From contig OZ242029.1 of assembly GCA_965205015.1 (NCBI GenBank), forward strand, positions 736,001 through 800,000: 64,000 bases of DNA, written 5' to 3'. This DNA comes from Candidatus Poribacteria bacterium. GTDB taxonomy: Bacteria > Poribacteria > WGA-4E > WGA-3G. This document shows positions 58,088 through 64,000 of the stretch, in pieces; the stretch's first letter is position 1; each line of letters begins with the position of its first letter. A program made the translations under genes and the position numbers. The notes below the pieces were generated by a model that saw nothing but the letters and a program-made list of their open reading frames with translations, was not told the DNA's origin and searched no databases.

Positions 58088-58111
58088 GCCATACATCACG
58101 GAGGCTGAAAA

Positions 58112-59095
58112 ATGGAGATGCGGACGTGTGGAAAATCTGGAATTGAAATCTCATCGATGGGTATCGGATGCTGGTCTTATGGGGGTGGTGATTACTGGGG
58201 ACCCCAAGCACAATCAGACGTTACGGCTGTTGCCAATGCAGCATTGGACGCCGGCATCAATTTTTTTGATACAGCAGAGGGGTATAACAACGGACGCAGC
58301 GAGGAGGCACTCGCCGTCGCACTGAAGGACAGACGGCATGAGGCGGTTATCGGCACGAAGGTCAGCAGACCAGACCCCGCTACGATCCGTGAACACTGCG
58401 AGGCGAGTCTTCAACGATTGCAAACAGATTACGTTGACATCTATATGATCCACTGGCCCGACGATGAGATTGCCATTGATGAGAGTATGGCGGAATTAAC
58501 GCGCCTACAGGAAGATGGACTCATCCGTGCTATCGGCGTCAGTAACTTCGGTGTAGAGCAACTCACAGCGGCTCTTAACACAGGCGCGTCTATCGCCGTG
58601 AATCAACTCTGCTATAACCTCTTGTCCCGGGCAATCGAACCGGAATTACTTCCATTGTGTCGAGAGCATAATGTCGGTATTTTGGGATATATGCCACTGC
58701 TGCAAGGCATCTTGACGGGGCAGTACAAAAGTGCGGAGGAGATCCCACCGGTGCATTCTCGATTCCGCCATTTTCGAGATGACCGAGAACAGGCCTCACA
58801 CGGTGAAGAAGGTGCCGAGGAAGAAATGTTTCAGACCTTAGAGGCTATCCGGCACATCGCGGAGGCGGAACAGATTCCGATGAGTCGGCTTGCTATTGCT
58901 TGGGCAATGGCACGCCCCGGCATCACGTGTATGCTCGTTGGTACCCGAAATATAAATGAACTGACGCAAAACCTGCACGTTGTTGAATACACGCCGTCTG
59001 CGGATGTCATTGAGAGCCTTGACACAGTGACCGCACCTCTCTTAGAAAAAATGGGAGCAAACCCTGACTATTTCACGGGGGCACGTATTCATTAG
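58112..59095 (+). CDS. aldo/keto reductase
   Basis: GIGCW, FFDTAEGY, TKV, DYVDIYMIHWP and IGVSNF. Confidence 0.93.
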   Translation: MEMRTCGKSGIEISSMGIGCWSYGGGDYWGPQAQSDVTAVANAALDAGINFFDTAEGYNNGRSEEALAVALKDRRHEAVIGTKVSRPDPATIREHCEASLQRLQTDYVDIYMIHWPDDEIAIDESMAELTRLQEDGLIRAIGVSNFGVEQLTAALNTGASIAVNQLCYNLLSRAIEPELLPLCREHNVGILGYMPLLQGILTGQYKSAEEIPPVHSRFRHFRDDREQASHGEEGAEEEMFQTLEAIRHIAEAEQIPMSRLAIAWAMARPGITCMLVGTRNINELTQNLHVVEYTPSADVIESLDTVTAPLLEKMGANPDYFTGARIH

Positions 59096-59154
59096 TCTGG
59101 CATCCGCACACGGTATTCTGTCCCCGCAGGCAGTTAGAAACGGAGGAATTTATA

Positions 59155-60039
59155 GTGGAACAGTTAGGTAAATTTAACAAAGACTTAGGCAGTCCGTTGG
59201 AAACAGCCCCTGCCGATCTTACGCAAACAAATGCTGATGGTAAACCCGTCGTTCCTCTAACGCAGGAACAGAAATATCTGTTTGATAAGAACGGATGGCT
59301 CTTGGTTCCAGGGGTTCTGACGGAATCAGAGACCGAGGAGATGCGCGATTTCTGCTACCGCTTAAAGCATGACCCCGAAACAATTCCGCAACACCATCGT
59401 TCAACTTACGGGGGTCCTTTAGAGAAATTGACAGATCACCCGGTCATCGTGGCGTTCGGAAACGAATTTCTCGCCTCGTCCTATCTCGCATCGGACACCT
59501 GTTACGGGTTCCGTATGGAGATGAGTTTTTTGGCATTGCGTTCCACAATGGACGAAACGCCTTTCAAATTCCATGCCCACAACGGCAACGGTATGTTGCG
59601 GATGCCCGGAGATTGCCATCAGTATTCCTGTCTTCCGGGTCAGGCGTATAGCGGTCTAACGCGCGTCGTCTGGGAACTCAATCCCGTGGAGAAAGGTGAT
59701 GGCGGCACGATGTTCATCACAGGAAGCCACAAAGCCGCTTATACCGCACCAGAGGGTGCCCACACACAAGATTGGGAGTTCTGGGATACCTATTCCTGTC
59801 CGGCGGGATCTGTTATTATCTTCACAGAAGCGATTACGCATAGCGGGCAGCCGTGGCAAAACCCTAATACTGATCGGGTCGCTGTTTTCAACGCTTATAA
59901 CTCGGTAGACAAACGGTGGAGTCTTTCAAAACCACCACAGGCACAGCTTGATGAAATGCCACCCAAACGCCAGACGCTCTTCCGTGAGGCTTACGTAAAG
60001 GGCAACGTCACCGGCACGAAGTTCGACATGGCACTGTAA
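59155..60039 (+). CDS. phytanoyl-CoA dioxygenase (PhyH) family protein
   Basis: QKYLFDKNGWL, HNG, FITGSHK and AGSVIIFTEAITH; GGAGG RBS. Confidence 0.82.
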   Translation: MEQLGKFNKDLGSPLETAPADLTQTNADGKPVVPLTQEQKYLFDKNGWLLVPGVLTESETEEMRDFCYRLKHDPETIPQHHRSTYGGPLEKLTDHPVIVAFGNEFLASSYLASDTCYGFRMEMSFLALRSTMDETPFKFHAHNGNGMLRMPGDCHQYSCLPGQAYSGLTRVVWELNPVEKGDGGTMFITGSHKAAYTAPEGAHTQDWEFWDTYSCPAGSVIIFTEAITHSGQPWQNPNTDRVAVFNAYNSVDKRWSLSKPPQAQLDEMPPKRQTLFREAYVKGNVTGTKFDMAL

Positions 60040-60195
60040 CCCTACTGAAGGTGAAGGATAGTTATCAGTTTCCAATGAAGTCCCGCTACCAGCGAGCTGC
60101 GCCTCTATCCTTTGAAAAAGATGTGTTTGATAGGGTAATATAAATTGTATAGAATACAGATGTGTCACTTCAACGTAACGTTGTTAATAATCTTT

Positions 60196-60250
60196 TAGGA
60201 CTTACGTAATTCGCCCGTTTTTCCACACTGGATTTTTGGGTAAGTCATGA
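60196..60250. repeat. short element with GACTTAC...GTAAGTC inverted ends
   Basis: taggacttacg...gggtaagtcatga; degenerate relative at ~35160-35193. Confidence 0.45.
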
Positions 60251-60282
60251 GGTTGTGAGAGTGAAAGGAGGATTTTTTGGCC

Positions 60283-60600
60283 ATGGTAGAAACAGTTGAA
60301 ACCCTCGCCCAGCGGTTAACTCAGTTAGAAGAAGCAGTAGAGAACATAACATTACAACTGTCTTGGATTGTTAATGAATTGGGGAACGATACTGACTGGA
60401 GAAAAGATGTACAACTAAAATCAGATTCCATAGGAAACAACAAGCAAGAGGCAGAAGTTGCTCGGAAAATCCTTGAGCAGATGGGAATTTCCGGGGAACC
60501 GATTCCGGCTGAAGAACTCCAAGAACGGATGGTTCGTAACGGCATTCAACCCGAAGGGAGCGAGTTCAGTAGCGCAATTATAGAAGAACGCGAGAAATAA
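60283..60600 (+). CDS. putative antitoxin (VapB-like)
   Basis: AGGAGG RBS; C-terminal 'FSSAIIEERE'; directly upstream of a PIN gene. Confidence 0.7.
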   Translation: MVETVETLAQRLTQLEEAVENITLQLSWIVNELGNDTDWRKDVQLKSDSIGNNKQEAEVARKILEQMGISGEPIPAEELQERMVRNGIQPEGSEFSSAIIEEREK

Positions 60601-60602
60601 CG

Positions 60603-61106
60603 GTGTACTATTTTTATTGTGATGCCAGTGCCCGTGTAAAACGATATACACAAGAACTTGGTAGTGATAAAATCAATTTTCTTTTCGCTAACGTACCTCA
60701 TAACCGCTTGATGTGCCTCATCCTCGGTGCACTTGAGGTTATCTGGGTACTTGTGCGAAAAAGAAATGACAACCGCCTCACGAATGCTGATTTTCGTCAG
60801 GCTGGTATTAACCTTGATTATGAAGTAATTGATCATCAATCGGATTTCAGAACAATTCCTGTTCCGAATTCTCTTGTTTGGCACTCAATGGATTTGATTG
60901 AAACCTACTCTCTCAATAGCGTTGATGCAATTGTATTGCGTTCTGCCTTGGATATTGCAGCAACACGCCGTGACATGGGGGATGAACTCGTTCTTATTGC
61001 CTCCGACCAACGGTTACTGAGAGCCGCAAGTAGTGAAAACCTCCTTGTTTTCAAACCCGAAACACATCCAAAACAGACTTTAACTGACTGGCTCTCTACA
61101 CCATAA
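60603..61106 (+). CDS. PIN domain (VapC-like) toxin
   Basis: YCDASARVKRY..E, LNSVDAIVL..AL and LIASDQRL. Confidence 0.88.
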   Translation: MYYFYCDASARVKRYTQELGSDKINFLFANVPHNRLMCLILGALEVIWVLVRKRNDNRLTNADFRQAGINLDYEVIDHQSDFRTIPVPNSLVWHSMDLIETYSLNSVDAIVLRSALDIAATRRDMGDELVLIASDQRLLRAASSENLLVFKPETHPKQTLTDWLSTP

Positions 61107-61154
61107 CTGACCGGGGGACAGTTTTTCAAAACTGGCAAAGAAAGGAAATCAACT

Positions 61155-61979
61155 ATGACACCGAAACAACGCTATCTGTTTGATGTAACCGGATACCTTC
61201 ACTTGGAAAATGTTATCACCGGTGATGCGTTAGCAGAGGCTGCTGAGGCAGTCGATAGATATATCACAACACCCCCCGATGAATTACCTTCAGGATTTGA
61301 GATACAGGGGCTCCATCAGCACGGGTTCGCCTTCGATAAATCGCTCGAACGTTTAACGGTGCATAAAGCGATATGGCCGATTATCAAAGAACTAACAGAC
61401 AATCAGCCCCGATTCGGTAGGGGTTCACTGAAGCATGACAAGCACGATGTGTGGGAGGCTGGTGAACGCGCAAAAGTGAATCCGGGCGGACTGCATTGCG
61501 CGCGTGACGATTACGGGTGGTATAGCACGCGTTACGAGGTCGATAACGGACATATCTACTGCGATAACTTTGTCTGTTTTCCGTATTTTACGGATGTCTA
61601 TCCCGGCGATGGCGGACTCATTGTGATTCCGGGTTCGCATAAGAGTGAGTTCGAGCGACCGAAAGAACTCCTGACGCTCGATGAAACAGATGGCATCGAT
61701 CCAGTTGAGGATCCCGTTTTTGTCAATATTACGCCAAAGGCAGGCGATATTGTAATTATTTCGGAGTTGCTAACGCACGGTGTACTCCGCTGGAAGCCGA
61801 AGGATCGAGATCGTCGCTTCCTCGTCCTGCGATATTTCCCACAATACACGGGTAGGCATAGCTTCCCGCAACCTATCTTGGATCGGTTGTCTCCAGAGAC
61901 ATTAGAATTGGTGGAATCCGCCGGATATGGGCACATCAAGGAGATTGTGAAACAGGATGAGATAAGGCTAACAGTATGA
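61155..61979 (+). CDS. phytanoyl-CoA dioxygenase (PhyH) family protein
   Basis: QRYLFDVTGYL, GLHC, VIPGSHK and KAGDIVIISELLTHG. Confidence 0.85.
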   Translation: MTPKQRYLFDVTGYLHLENVITGDALAEAAEAVDRYITTPPDELPSGFEIQGLHQHGFAFDKSLERLTVHKAIWPIIKELTDNQPRFGRGSLKHDKHDVWEAGERAKVNPGGLHCARDDYGWYSTRYEVDNGHIYCDNFVCFPYFTDVYPGDGGLIVIPGSHKSEFERPKELLTLDETDGIDPVEDPVFVNITPKAGDIVIISELLTHGVLRWKPKDRDRRFLVLRYFPQYTGRHSFPQPILDRLSPETLELVESAGYGHIKEIVKQDEIRLTV

Positions 61980-61982
61980 GTT

Positions 61983-62201
61983 ATGAAGAAAGAACAAATT
62001 GTCTCCCAAGATCCACGCGTGATGCACGGCACCTTAGTTTTTGCTGGTACCCGTGTGCCAGTTGAAAGCCTGATTCAACATCTTGTCGCAGGCGACTCGC
62101 TTGATATATTCCTTGACGATTTCCCGACAGTCTCACGTGAGCAGGCAGTGGCATATTTGCAGATGACTCTGGAGTTTGCTAATGCGCGTGTTGCTTGTTG
62201 A
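61983..62201 (+). CDS. DUF433 domain antitoxin
   Basis: DPRVMHGTLVFAGTRVPV...GDSLDIFLDDFPTVSREQ. Confidence 0.92.
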   Translation: MKKEQIVSQDPRVMHGTLVFAGTRVPVESLIQHLVAGDSLDIFLDDFPTVSREQAVAYLQMTLEFANARVAC

Positions 62202-62244
62202 AAAAATACTTCAAAATTTAGCACATATTGAAGAACTACCATGA
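62182..62244 (+). pseudogene. remnant 5' end of a DUF5615 (PIN-like) toxin
   Basis: Overlapping ATG gives MRVLLVEKIL..., versus the usual MRVLLDENL.. start of the DUF433 partner; stops after 20 codons. Confidence 0.55.
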
Positions 62245-62307
62245 AACTTGAACAATCCGTGTCTTTGGAAACTGTTACTTACTAATAACCTTAATTCTAA
62301 TTCAGAC

Positions 62308-62340
62308 AAAGAAAAAGGCGCGCTTCCGAAGCGCGCCTAT
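62308..62340 (-). terminator. Rho-independent terminator of the atp operon
   Basis: Minus strand AGGCGCGCTT-CGG-AAGCGCGCCT followed by TTTTCTTT, just after the atpC stop. Confidence 0.88.
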
Positions 62341-62362
62341 CAGAAAATTAAAAGAGGTGCGA

Positions 62363-62773
62363 TTACAAATTACTTGCGACTTTGATCCGGTTTTGTGCGC
62401 GGGCGAGTGCCGCTTCCGCACGCGGGCGGTTCAGGTCAGAGGCATTTGTCGTGAGTTGCGTTTGGGCGCGTTCGAGCGCGCTTTCAGCACGCGCTACATC
62501 GATCTCCGATGCCCATTCCGCTGTCTCAACTAAGACGGTGACACCAGTGCGGAGCACCTCGAAGACACCGCCGCTCGTCGCCATTAATTGCGGTGTGTCC
62601 GATGATTCACGAATACGTATCTCACCAACCTCTAACGCCGTAAGGAATGGAATGTGTCCGGCGAGAATCTGAAAATTGCCCTCAACGCCTGGGGCACTCA
62701 CGCTCGTTACATCCCCTTCATAAACCGACTGTTCCGGTGTCCGAATTTCAAGATGAAAACTTCTATTTAACAT
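62363..62773 (-). CDS. atpC: F1Fo ATP synthase epsilon subunit
   Basis: LEIRTPE, PGVEGNFQILAGH, GGVFEV and EIDVARAE. Confidence 0.95.
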   Translation of the reverse strand: MLNRSFHLEIRTPEQSVYEGDVTSVSAPGVEGNFQILAGHIPFLTALEVGEIRIRESSDTPQLMATSGGVFEVLRTGVTVLVETAEWASEIDVARAESALERAQTQLTTNASDLNRPRAEAALARAQNRIKVASNL

Positions 62774-62823
62774 GTCTACTCTGTTTTATCGTAGATTTTA
62801 GAATTACTTAGGCACTCCGCATC

Positions 62824-62848
62824 GGCGAGGTTAGGAAACCTCGCCTAC
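62824..62848 (-). repeat. GTAG-type REP element between atpD and atpC
   Basis: GTAGGCGAGGTT-TCCT-AACCTCGCC; same core as 2037-2062. Confidence 0.78.
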
Positions 62849-62878
62849 CGAGAGCGGGAAACCCTTAACCAATAACTA

Positions 62879-64000
<1,122 letters not shown>

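Overview
Bacterial genomic window, mostly mid-GC. The gene content and style suggest Candidatus Poribacteria: several PhyH dioxygenases, TIM-barrel epimerases, PD40 propellers ending in a 'SVSPxxxKxxTLWGxLK' tail, and many REP-like repeats. This taxonomy is an inference. The standout is a ~14 kb minus-strand redox/signalling locus (2.1-16.3 kb). It encodes an ECF sigma factor-TPR-thioredoxin-like fusion, two tandem pairs of ATPase-less ABC-2-type permeases, a BlaI repressor, a BlaR1/M56 sensor fused to TPR+TlpA, a secreted TPR+TlpA paralog, and a gene that the ORF track splits at an in-frame TGA. Read through, that gene is a bacterial homologue of animal selenoprotein N (SELENON; LDDESC-U-GTGK) fused to a TlpA domain, with a SECIS-like hairpin after the UGA. 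A near-consensus sigma70 promoter bracketed by two 18-bp palindromic operators heads the inner operon. A second probable selenoprotein (DUF3179, UPLC motif with SECIS-like hairpin) lies at 53.2-54.2 kb. Other content: a sigma54 promoter with enhancer-like repeats before a DUF4159 gene; a defence-rich stretch at 30-41.5 kb (AT-rich ATPase-TOPRIM gene, type IIG-like R-M fusion with a duplicated 5' end, MNT-HEPN fusion, N4-MTase, HicAB); a xanthine-dehydrogenase-family cluster; three TolB-like paralogs; further toxin-antitoxin pairs; several MITE/REP families; and atpD-atpC at the right edge. No rRNA, tRNA or CRISPR array was seen. All family assignments come from motif recognition by eye, not from database searches.
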